45,453 nt of DNA from an uncultured archaeon (GCA_965552715.1 CBEVTC010000001.1:1-45453); one strand, 5' to 3'. Shown: positions 37,128-44,548, counted from the stretch's first letter. Notes: a model not told the origin generated them from the letters alone. Program-made: numbers and translations.

Positions 37128-37646
37128 ATGGTGAAATTGTGGAGATGCGAAATTTGCGGGGATCCTTACATAGGGGAATCCGCCCCTGACAACTGCCCTT
37201 TCTGCGGGGCGCACAAGAAACACATGAAGGAAGCGAAGGAAGCGAACGTGAACTTCAATGTCGAACTCAACGAGAAGGACAAGGCTAACGCTGAACACGC
37301 TCTTCAAGTGGAGATAAGCAACGCCGCTTTCTACTTCTGCGCTGCTGAGAAAACGGATGACGCAGAAGGGAAGCTTTTGTTCAAGGCGTTGGGAACGGTG
37401 GAAGCAGAGCACGCGAGCGTTTGGAGGAAGATTCTGAAATTAGACAGCATTCCGAAAGGTGATGATCAGTGCCACGTGAGCAACAGAGAAAACCTGGAGG
37501 ATTCCCACGCGAGGGAAACGATGGCGATAGAATTCTATAAAAGAGCAGCAGAGGAATCAGAAAACCCTCGGGTTAAACAGATATTCGAGGCGTTTGTTGA
37601 TGTGGAGACAGACCACCTAAAACTTTCAGAGGAGAGGTTGAAATGA
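37128..37646 (+). CDS. Reverse rubrerythrin (N-terminal rubredoxin-like domain plus ferritin-like domain)
   Basis: WRCEICG...CPFCG at the N-terminus, then a diiron four-helix pattern ([16 protein letters not shown]). Confidence 0.8.
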   Translation: MVKLWRCEICGDPYIGESAPDNCPFCGAHKKHMKEAKEANVNFNVELNEKDKANAEHALQVEISNAAFYFCAAEKTDDAEGKLLFKALGTVEAEHASVWRKILKLDSIPKGDDQCHVSNRENLEDSHARETMAIEFYKRAAEESENPRVKQIFEAFVDVETDHLKLSEERLK

Positions 37647-38017
37647 CGAATGTAAACGAAGTGTATAAGTGTAACGTGTGCGGTAACATTGTCGAAGTCT
37701 TGCACGCAGGTTCGGGCGAACTCGTATGCTGCGGGCAGCCCATGGAGTTGCTGAAGGAAAAGACAGAGGACGAGGGACAAGAGAAACATGTTCCGGTGAT
37801 CGAAAAAACAGATACCGGGATAAAAATCAAGGTCGGTTCGGTCCCGCACCCGATGGAAGAAAACCATTACATAGAATGGATAGAAGTGATAGCCGGTGGG
37901 AAGGTCTACAGGAAGTTCCTGAAACCAGGCGAGAATCCTGAGGCAGAATTCGAGATAAAGGCTGGGAATGTCGAAGCGAGGGAATACTGCAACGTCCACG
38001 GGCTATGGAAAGCATGA
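37643..38017 (+). CDS. dfx: Desulfoferrodoxin (2Fe superoxide reductase)
   Basis: [32 protein letters not shown] and CNVHGLW. Confidence 0.9.
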   Translation: MTNVNEVYKCNVCGNIVEVLHAGSGELVCCGQPMELLKEKTEDEGQEKHVPVIEKTDTGIKIKVGSVPHPMEENHYIEWIEVIAGGKVYRKFLKPGENPEAEFEIKAGNVEAREYCNVHGLWKA

Positions 38018-38078
38018 TTTCGTTCGTTAAGTTCGAGTTAACGGGCTAATTTTTAAGCAATGATATTAATAGATTAAC

Positions 38079-38942
38079 ATGCCAAGAAAGAAAGCCACTA
38101 AAGGGAAATCAAAAAGCAAAGAGAAAGACGTTTTGGATCAAAGGATGGAACACTTCGGTGAAGAGGTCGGGAAACTGGGAGAAAAATTCGGCAAAAGGAT
38201 GGGAGAAGGGGGGAAGGAATGGGAAAGCTGGTTCCACAGGACTTTCGGGTTGGTCGGACCGCTGATCTCGAGCATATTCGGCATCGTAATCCTTGCCCTG
38301 GTAAGCTGGGTAATATATTTGGTGAACATCCCGATAGGAAGCGGGTTTATTCTGAACGTGTATTATTTCCTTACGGATAACATGGGTTTGTTTTTCCTGA
38401 TATTTATGTTTTTTTCGTACACTTCCTATTTTTCCAAAGCTTCATCAAGGGCGTACAGACCTTTCTCTCCCATTGCGACAGCAATCGGGATCATAATAGG
38501 TTTCTGGATGGCCATACAAACGATAAACATCGCAAATCTTTCTTTGGGGTTGCCTTTCCTCTCGATCATGACGTTTTACATCGAGATGAATCTTATCTGG
38601 ATATTCTGGTTCTTCCTTTTTCTCGGTTACCTGGTTCTCGCGATAAAGATTGCCACAGAGAAACCGGTAGAAAGGGCAGTGAAGGGTGTTGAGGAGGAGG
38701 TTGTTATGAGAAAGACTGAACAAAAAACAAGAGCGGGTGAAATCCATAGGCTTTACAGGTCAGGCAAGGACCGCATACTCGGAGGGGTGTGCGGAGGGGT
38801 AGCGGAATATCTCGGAGTGGACCCCGTGATAATACGACTACTCTGGATTGTAGGAACGCTTGCCTGGGGATCCGGGATTATACTTTACATAATATTCTGG
38901 ATAGTGATACCAAGAAACCCGAAACACAAATGGGAAGGTTAG
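38079..38942 (+). CDS. PspC-domain membrane protein
   Basis: C-terminal RLYRSGKDRILGGVCGGVAEYLGVDPVIIRLLWIV. Confidence 0.75.
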   Translation: MPRKKATKGKSKSKEKDVLDQRMEHFGEEVGKLGEKFGKRMGEGGKEWESWFHRTFGLVGPLISSIFGIVILALVSWVIYLVNIPIGSGFILNVYYFLTDNMGLFFLIFMFFSYTSYFSKASSRAYRPFSPIATAIGIIIGFWMAIQTINIANLSLGLPFLSIMTFYIEMNLIWIFWFFLFLGYLVLAIKIATEKPVERAVKGVEEEVVMRKTEQKTRAGEIHRLYRSGKDRILGGVCGGVAEYLGVDPVIIRLLWIVGTLAWGSGIILYIIFWIVIPRNPKHKWEG

Positions 38943-38990
38943 AATCGATTTCAATTTGTTTTTTAATATTTAACCCGTTATAATCTAGAC

Positions 38991-39617
38991 ATGACGGGCA
39001 TACTGGAATGCGCGGGGAAACTGAAAGGGACGGAAGTGGAGAAATTGGTGGACTCCCGCATAAAGGAATTCAAGGAACTCGGCGAACAATCAAGCGATGA
39101 AATCTTTAAGGAACTCTGCTTTTGCATATTGACCGCGAACTTCACCGCCGAAGGGGGGATAAAAATCCAGAAGGAGATCGGGAATGGTTTTTTAACCCTC
39201 ACGGAAGCACAATTAGTGAAAAAATTAAAGGAACTCGGCCATCGATATCCAAAAACAAGAGCCGGATACGTTATAGAAGCAAGGAAGTACAAAGATTCGC
39301 TGAAAGAAACTATCAGATCTTTTGAAGATGAACACAAATTAAGGGAATGGTTGGACAAGAACGTGAAAGGTCTTGGGTACAAGGAAGCGAGCCATTTCCT
39401 GCGAAACATAGGTTTTGAAAACCTCGCTGTCATAGATTTCCACATAATCGATATTCTAGCGAATTATAACGTGATAGAAAAACCGAAGACGCTCACAAGA
39501 AGGAAATACCTAGAAATAGAAGAACTGTTAAGGAAGATCGCGGGGAAACTGGGACTGAACCTCGCTGAACTTGACCTGTACTTGTGGTATGCGGAAACGG
39601 GGAAAATTCTTAAATAA
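38991..39617 (+). CDS. ogg: 8-oxoguanine DNA glycosylase/lyase, archaeal Ogg2-type (HhH-GPD)
   Basis: CFCILTANFTAEGG, VKGLGYKEASHFLRNIG and AVIDFHI. At 208 aa it matches the length of methanogen Ogg. Confidence 0.75.
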   Translation: MTGILECAGKLKGTEVEKLVDSRIKEFKELGEQSSDEIFKELCFCILTANFTAEGGIKIQKEIGNGFLTLTEAQLVKKLKELGHRYPKTRAGYVIEARKYKDSLKETIRSFEDEHKLREWLDKNVKGLGYKEASHFLRNIGFENLAVIDFHIIDILANYNVIEKPKTLTRRKYLEIEELLRKIAGKLGLNLAELDLYLWYAETGKILK

Positions 39618-39638
39618 ATCACGAACTTAAGCACTGTT

Positions 39639-40070
39639 ATGGAAAAACATGTTTTAACTGGAATCTTTTTGGTTGTAATTCTTGCGAGCGGCTGCATTGG
39701 CGGAGGAGAGACAATGGTATGTTTTGAGGATAAATGCTTTATGGTCGAGATTGCTGATACGCCAGAAGAAAGAGCAGAAGGTTTGATGTTCAGGGAATCA
39801 TTAGAACCGGATAAAGGCATGCTCTTTGTTTTCGGTCAAGAATCCGAATACGGTTTCTGGATGAAGAATACGATTATCCCTCTGGATATAATATGGATAA
39901 ATTCGGATGGAGAAGTGGTTTTCATCAGCAAAGAAACACAGCCCTGCGATGAATCATGCCCGTCCATAAGGCCGGACAGAAAGGCTAAATATGTTCTCGA
40001 GTTAAATGCGGGGGTTTCGGATGAAATCGTACTGGGAATAGGTGATAAGATAAAAATAAAGAACCTGTGA
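39639..40070 (+). CDS. DUF192-family protein with a signal or lipobox-like N-terminus
   Basis: EERAEGLMFRESLEPDKGMLFVF and FWMKNTIIPLDIIWI. Confidence 0.75.
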   Translation: MEKHVLTGIFLVVILASGCIGGGETMVCFEDKCFMVEIADTPEERAEGLMFRESLEPDKGMLFVFGQESEYGFWMKNTIIPLDIIWINSDGEVVFISKETQPCDESCPSIRPDRKAKYVLELNAGVSDEIVLGIGDKIKIKNL

Positions 40071-40138
40071 ATTCGAGCTTCTTGGTTAATTACAATATTT
40101 AAATATATAATCACAAAGATAATCCTATCGGTGTTGGA

Positions 40139-40492
40139 ATGAAGATAAGAAAAAGGGCTTCAAAGCCCCTGATAGAAAAGATGTACAAAGAGGGGATTGA
40201 GAAAAAAGCGAACGTGTGGAAGGCGGTGGCAAAAGACTTGAACAGACCAAGGAGGAAGGGGTTTGAAGTCAACCTGACAAGGATTGAAAAACATTCGAAA
40301 CCGAAGGAAACCATAGTTGTTCCGGGGGTTGTGCTCGGAAGCGGGGACATAAAGAAGCGTGTGGTCATCGCCGCTCAGAGGTTTTCAGGGAAGGCGAAGG
40401 ATAAGATCGAAAAGGCCGGCGGGAAATGCTTATCGATTGAGGAACTCTACGAAAAAAACCCGAAAGGCAAGGGTTTAAGGATAATGGGATAG
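40139..40492 (+). CDS. rpl18e: Ribosomal protein eL18
   Basis: VVPGVVLGSGDIKKRVVIAAQRFSGKAKDKIEKAGGKCLSIEEL. Confidence 0.9.
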   Translation: MKIRKRASKPLIEKMYKEGIEKKANVWKAVAKDLNRPRRKGFEVNLTRIEKHSKPKETIVVPGVVLGSGDIKKRVVIAAQRFSGKAKDKIEKAGGKCLSIEELYEKNPKGKGLRIMG

Positions 40493-40493
40493 T

Positions 40494-40901
40494 ATGAATG
40501 TGATAAATGCTGAGAACTGTGTTGCGGGGAGGTTAGCGTCTTTTGTAGCCAAAAGGCTGTTAAAGGGGGAGGAGATCGTTATCGTGAACGCGGAGAAGGC
40601 GATAGTTACGGGGAATCCGAAAGTTATTGAAAATTTTTTCGGGGAGAAGATCAAGAGGGGCGATCCCTACCACGGACCCTTCTATCCCAAGAAACCTGAG
40701 AACATATTGAGGAGAATCGTGAGGGGCATGCTCCCTTACCACAAGCCAATGGGGAGGAACGCGTACAAGAAATTGAAAGTATACAGGTCGGTTCCGGGGG
40801 AATTCAAGAACACGGAATCAGAAGTTATAGGCAAGGCTAAAAGCAAATCCGAATGCAAATTCGTTTACCTCGAGGACATCTCGAAAAAATTTGGTGGTTG
40901 A
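40494..40901 (+). CDS. rpl13: Ribosomal protein uL13
   Basis: GRLASFVAKRLLKGEEIVIVNAEK and RIVRGMLP. Confidence 0.9.
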   Translation: MNVINAENCVAGRLASFVAKRLLKGEEIVIVNAEKAIVTGNPKVIENFFGEKIKRGDPYHGPFYPKKPENILRRIVRGMLPYHKPMGRNAYKKLKVYRSVPGEFKNTESEVIGKAKSKSECKFVYLEDISKKFGG

Positions 40902-41375
40902 ATGGTAAAGAAAAAAGGGAAGGCAAAGAAGAAGACGGGGAAAAGCGTTAAGAAGGAAAGGGGGAAGAAAGGGAAAGGCGTGATATTCAAAACAGGGAAG
41001 AGGAAAAGAGCGGTAGCCAGGGCTTCAATAAAGCCCGGTTCGGGGAAAATCCTCATAAACGGGGAACCTTTGGAGAATTTCAAGAATGAGGTTTTAAAGC
41101 TCAGGCTGGAGGAGCCTTTCATCCTCACAGGAAAAGAATGGAAGTCATATGATTTCATCGTTAACGTGAAAGGTGGAGGAATACTAGGCCAGACTGATGC
41201 TGCAAGGCAGGCGTTTGCAAGGGGCCTGGTTGAGATTTTCGGGAATGAACTCAAGCAGAAATTCCTGGATTACGACAGGAATCTGCTCGTTTACGATCCG
41301 AGGAGAACAGAACCGCACAAACCACCGAGGTCTTCTCAGGGTCCGAGGAGGTACAAACAGCGTTCGAAAAGATAA
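40902..41375 (+). CDS. rps9: Ribosomal protein uS9 with a Lys-rich N-terminal extension
   Basis: GKRKRAVARASIKPGSGKILING and a C-terminal PRRYKQRSKR. Confidence 0.9.
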   Translation: MVKKKGKAKKKTGKSVKKERGKKGKGVIFKTGKRKRAVARASIKPGSGKILINGEPLENFKNEVLKLRLEEPFILTGKEWKSYDFIVNVKGGGILGQTDAARQAFARGLVEIFGNELKQKFLDYDRNLLVYDPRRTEPHKPPRSSQGPRRYKQRSKR

Positions 41376-41402
41376 AATTTAAATAATTAAATAAGAAATG
41401 TG

Positions 41403-41726
41403 ATGATTATGGAATACGCAAGGATCAGGCTGGCGGGAAGAGATTACAAAAAGCTAGATGAAATTTGTAAACAAATCAAGGAGATTGCGAGCAAATACGG
41501 TGTTTCGACACGCGGCCCGATCCCCTTACCGACGAAAAAAATGAAGGTCACAACCCTCAAAACCCCCTGCGGTGACGGGACAGGGCACGGCAACGCGACG
41601 TATGACAGGTGGGAGATGAGAATCCATAAAAGGATCATAGATATTGGTTCTAACGAACGCGCTCTACGACAAGTAGTTCGTATCCCTTTACCAGAAGACG
41701 TTAAGATTGATATAGAACTGAGATAG
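41403..41726 (+). CDS. rps10: Ribosomal protein uS10
   Basis: ARIRLAGRDYKKLDEICKQIKEIA..GPIPLPTKK..WEMRIHKRIIDI. Confidence 0.9.
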   Translation: MIMEYARIRLAGRDYKKLDEICKQIKEIASKYGVSTRGPIPLPTKKMKVTTLKTPCGDGTGHGNATYDRWEMRIHKRIIDIGSNERALRQVVRIPLPEDVKIDIELR

Positions 41727-41727
41727 T

Positions 41728-42114
41728 CTACTTCTCTTCCAAGAGAACCCCGTTAACTATCCCGTCCTGGCCCGGTCTTGAAGTTACTTTCGCTGTGCCT
41801 ATCTCTGTCTTCACGACCGCTCCCTTTGATATCACATTCCTTCTCACGAAATGCGGGTTGGCCGGGTTCTTCTCAACAGAAATTATCTTCACCCTTTTAA
41901 TCTTTCTCGTTTTCGGGTCCGCGACGTTTATCTTCTCGACGAAAAGGAGTTTTAGTTTCTCATTCCCTCCCCTTTCTCTTTTCACCTTCACGTTTCTCTT
42001 GCCTATTCTCGTCTCCAGGAATTCGTTCCCCCTGTCCATCTTCCTTTTCTTTCTGACCCTTCTCAGCCTTTTTCCCGTGAGCGTCCTTCTCGAACGCAAA
42101 TGCCATTTCACCAT
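41728..42114 (-). CDS. rps8e: Ribosomal protein eS8
   Basis: MVKWHLRSRRTLTGKRL and AKVTSRPGQDGIVNGVLL. Confidence 0.9.
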   Translation of the reverse strand: MVKWHLRSRRTLTGKRLRRVRKKRKMDRGNEFLETRIGKRNVKVKRERGGNEKLKLLFVEKINVADPKTRKIKRVKIISVEKNPANPHFVRRNVISKGAVVKTEIGTAKVTSRPGQDGIVNGVLLEEK

Positions 42115-42234
42115 ACGAGCACCGATTCTATATATTTGACAGATTTACATTTAAATAGATAACAAATGCTTTTAAATCAGCGAATTCAAATAAAATTATC
42201 AATTTTACCCGATTTTAAATTGGGTGAAGGGGGT

Positions 42235-42468
42235 ATGAAAATGCAGCAAAGACCGTTGGACGTTTTAGGAAGTTCGGAGAACAAGAGGATAATAATACAG
42301 GTTAAAAACAGGGATAAGATAACCGGAATTTTGAAGGCCTTTGATTCCCACCTGAACATATGGCTTGATGATGCGGAGGTTTCGAGCGCAGACGGAGAGA
42401 ATTCAGTGAAACTTGGGACAGTTCTTGTGAGAGGAGATAATATCGTTCTCATTTCTCCTGGGAAATAG
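42235..42468 (+). CDS. Sm-like archaeal protein (SmAP/LSm)
   Basis: [44 protein letters not shown]...[13 protein letters not shown]. The ATG at 42235 follows a GGGGG Shine-Dalgarno sequence. Paired with L37e, as is usual. Confidence 0.9.
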   Translation: MKMQQRPLDVLGSSENKRIIIQVKNRDKITGILKAFDSHLNIWLDDAEVSSADGENSVKLGTVLVRGDNIVLISPGK

Positions 42469-42506
42469 GAGTTAAAGTTTTTAAATATTCAATTTCAAGG
42501 GATACC

Positions 42507-42695
42507 ATGACGAAGGGAACCCCTAGTTTTGGCAAGAAGCAGAAGAAGACGCATGTTTTGTGTAGGAGATGCGGTCGCCATTCTTTCCACGCTTCGGGGG
42601 GCGTGTGTTCTGCCTGCGGTTTCGGGGGGTCGAAAAAAATCAAAAAATTCAAATGGCAGTGGAAACCGATCGAAAGAAACAAGAGAATGAAGTAA
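42507..42695 (+). CDS. rpl37e: Ribosomal protein eL37
   Basis: [32 protein letters not shown]. Confidence 0.9.
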   Translation: MTKGTPSFGKKQKKTHVLCRRCGRHSFHASGGVCSACGFGGSKKIKKFKWQWKPIERNKRMK

Positions 42696-42739
42696 AACCC
42701 ATATAAATATAACCACTTATTTATATGTTATTAGCACAT

Positions 42740-42768
42740 GACGACTTGGCTTTATGTTTCAGGTCGTC
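42740..42768 (+). repeat. GACG/CGUC hairpin copy H3 (GACGACTTG-11 nt AT-rich loop-CAGGTCGTC), 11 nt upstream of tRNA-Lys
   Basis: Same 11-mer TGACGACTTGG, loop length and spacing as H2. The single arm difference would be a U-G wobble in RNA. Confidence 0.7.
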
Positions 42769-42779
42769 TCCCTAAATAT

Positions 42780-42990
42780 GGGCCCGTAGCTCAATCGGCA
42801 GAGCACCAGACTCTTAAGAGCGTATGATGCAGGAACTAAAGGATGACGTACACAAAGTGTACGTCGATTGGAACTTCCTGCGTCATTCGAACCTCGGATA
42901 TTATGAAGGTTTCTAGAACCTTGTGATTGAGGGATATCTGGGGGTTGCGGGTTCGATACGTAGCTTTACGTGAAAATCCCGTCGGGCCCA
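42780..42990 (+). tRNA. tRNA-Lys(CUU) with two introns: 37/38 at 42817-42935 (119 nt) and 59/60 at 42958-42976 (19 nt)
   Basis: Acceptor stem GGGCCCG/CGGGCCC. D arm GCTC-AATCGGCA-GAGC. Anticodon stem CCAGA/TCTGG with loop CTCTTAA. T stem GCGGG/CCCGT with loop TTCGATT. The spliced length is 73 nt. Confidence 0.85.
42845..42865 (+). repeat. GACG/CGUC hairpin copy H4 (GACGTACAC-AAA-GTGTACGTC) inside the tRNA-Lys 119-nt intron
   Basis: Perfect 9-bp stem preceded by AT. The left arm differs from that of H6 at one position. Confidence 0.65.
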
Positions 42991-43018
42991 TACACCACTC
43001 AAAAAATAAGGATTGTAT

Positions 43019-43039
43019 GACGCAGGTCCCACCTGCGTC
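43019..43039 (+). repeat. GACG/CGUC hairpin copy H7 (GACGCAGGT-CCC-ACCTGCGTC), 29 nt downstream of tRNA-Lys
   Basis: Perfect 9-bp stem. Flanks are AT on the 5' side and TATCG on the 3' side; the 3' flank matches H6. Confidence 0.65.
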
Positions 43040-43049
43040 TATCGAAAAT

Positions 43050-43703
43050 TTACACTTCTTCGACCACAGAACCCATGATATTTTTTATCACTTTGTCCCC
43101 GCTTTTAAGAACAGGTTCCCCGTGCCCTGGAAGGATTTTATCGATCCTGAGGGAGGAGAGCCTTTCAAGCGATTTCTCGATATCCTCTTCACTCCCTCCC
43201 GGAAGATCTGTTCTCCCCACACCGTCAGCAAATATTGTGTCACCAGATAACAGGATATTGTCTTTCGAATCAAACAGGCATATCGAACCGGGGGTGTGTC
43301 CTGGCGTATGTAAAACCTTGAACCTGAAAACATCATCCCCTTCCTTCAGCTTCCTTTCGACTTTCATGGGTCTCATGTTCCCGTTGAAGTAGTGGGCATT
43401 GCTCATTTCGCTGTCCCCTTTCTCGAGAACATTCGAGTCCTTCTCATGTATGTGGACCTTCGCGTTCTTGAAGAAGCCGTTACCTCCTATGTGGTCCCAG
43501 TGCATGTGCGTGTTAACGATGTTCTTTATGTTGTCGAAATCGAGATTCATCTTCTTGAATATTTCGTAAAGGCGAACAAAATTCAATCCCGTCCCAGAGT
43601 CGACAATCGTGTCTCCGTCTATGAGGTATATGTTCGAATCCAGATCAGAAAGATGTACCATTGTTATCCTGCTGTTAATCTTGGTGACTAAATCCAACCC
43701 CAT
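43050..43703 (-). CDS. MBL-fold metallo-hydrolase (glyoxalase II-like)
   Basis: HMHWDHIGGN (HxHxDH) and HTPGHTPGS. The ATG at 43703 is preferred over the upstream TTG. Confidence 0.8.
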   Translation of the reverse strand: MGLDLVTKINSRITMVHLSDLDSNIYLIDGDTIVDSGTGLNFVRLYEIFKKMNLDFDNIKNIVNTHMHWDHIGGNGFFKNAKVHIHEKDSNVLEKGDSEMSNAHYFNGNMRPMKVERKLKEGDDVFRFKVLHTPGHTPGSICLFDSKDNILLSGDTIFADGVGRTDLPGGSEEDIEKSLERLSSLRIDKILPGHGEPVLKSGDKVIKNIMGSVVEEV

Positions 43704-43811
43704 ATTAATTATTTCTCCGCAAACAAATTTAAAGAGATATTGAAACTTGTGCAAGAATAAAAATCAATTCTGTTCCATGAATAACTCGGAGATGGTTAAA
43801 ACAAGAAAAAC

Positions 43812-43976
43812 CTATATAAAAACCATGGTCTTTAGGATGATTTCAATTATTATTATGACCACCGCAATCCCGATCACATGCTCTGGTTTCAGCTTGATCG
43901 CTTCCTCTGATTCCTCAAAGTAACGTATAAGGCCTGCGGTCGACTGCGGCATCATTGCTTTCGGTTTTTTCGGCAT
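43812..43976 (-). CDS. secG: Preprotein translocase subunit Sec61beta (archaeal SecG), 54 aa; below the ORF-track cutoff
   Basis: Manual minus-strand translation gives MPKKPKAMMPQSTAGLIRYFEESEEAIKLKPEHVIGIAVVIIIIEIILKTMVFI, which has the SAGLIRYF motif and a C-terminal TM helix. Confidence 0.8.
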   Translation of the reverse strand: MPKKPKAMMPQSTAGLIRYFEESEEAIKLKPEHVIGIAVVIIIIEIILKTMVFI

Positions 43977-44042
43977 GCTATCAATAAAGAATTAATAATC
44001 TTTCATTTATAAGCTTTTGACCCATTTGAGAAAATAAATGTT

Positions 44043-44368
44043 GTGCTGGGCATAGCCCATTTTCTGTCATCTCGCAGGCTTTGACGCCTGAACGAGGCGA
44101 TAGCATTTTTCTAACTCGTCCCTTTATTTTTCGGGACTTTCACCCGCACGACCCGAACTCTTTCACCCTCCTGCTTCTTCGATGCTTTCCCTTTCGGGAT
44201 CATCGCTCCAAAGCGAAGGTTTATTTCTGCGTCCGGACAGGTCCTCTCGGACCCTGCCTTGCGACAGCGTACCTTTCGAAAGACGTTCGCAAGCGAACGT
44301 CAATCTATCGGGTGCCTGGAACTTACCTCCCCGAGTCGCCTCAGGGCAAGCTATCTGCCCAGCTCAAC
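44043..44368 (-). ncRNA. rnpB: RNase P RNA (compact archaeal type, about 325 nt)
   Basis: On the minus strand: P1 is GCUGGGCA(5')/UGCCCAGC(3'); the P3 hairpin is CCCUGAG-GCGA-CUCGGGG; the CR-I-like element is GGAGGUAAGUUCC; the CR-II-like element is AGGGUGAAAG; the CR-IV/V-like element is GAGAUGACAGAAAAUGGGCUAU. A TATA-like TTTTTAAA lies at 44398-44391. Confidence 0.8.
44282..44301 (-). repeat. GACG/CGUC hairpin copy H5 (GACGUUCGC-UU-GCGAACGUC) forming a helix of RNase P RNA
   Basis: Read on the minus (sense) strand it is UUGACGUUCGCUUGCGAACGUCUU, near-identical to H1. Confidence 0.65.
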
Positions 44369-44439
44369 AAGATTTTTTAGGTTTTGGGGGTTTAAAAAGG
44401 TTATTTCGAGAGAATTCCGGCTAAACCGTTAAAAAATAA

Positions 44440-44548
44440 GAAACGAGCACCAAGACCTTTTGACCAGGACTGAATAAAGATTTACTGTCCTGACTCTTGG
44501 GGCTTAACAGCCTTACCTTTCGGCCAGACCTTGGAACCCTCAATTAAG
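44440..44548 (-). ncRNA. Candidate small structured RNA (about 95-110 nt, three-way junction; possibly a divergent 5S-like RNA)
   Basis: On the minus strand: a closing helix CCAAGGUC/GGUCUUGG; an arm containing CCGAAAGGUAAGGCUGUUAAGCCCC; and an 8-bp arm GUCAGGAC/GUCCUGGU. A TATA-like CTTAAAAAG lies upstream and an oligo-U run (UUUCUUAUUUUUU) downstream. No ORF. Confidence 0.3.

Noticed and set aside
42817-42935. A box C/D sRNA encoded in the 119-nt tRNA-Lys intron (as in the haloarchaeal tRNA-Trp intron)
   Set aside because: There is an AUGAUGC box-C-like sequence near the 5' end, but no CUGA box D or D' anywhere in the intron and no terminal C/D pairing.
42927-43250. A 107-aa plus-strand ORF
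   Set aside because: It starts inside tRNA-Lys and then runs antisense through the MBL hydrolase gene, so it is spurious.
44081-44424. Plus-strand ORFs of 99 aa and 80 aa (44081-44380 and 44182-44424)
   Set aside because: They lie antisense to and within the RNase P RNA gene. They have no Shine-Dalgarno sequence and odd composition, so they are spurious.
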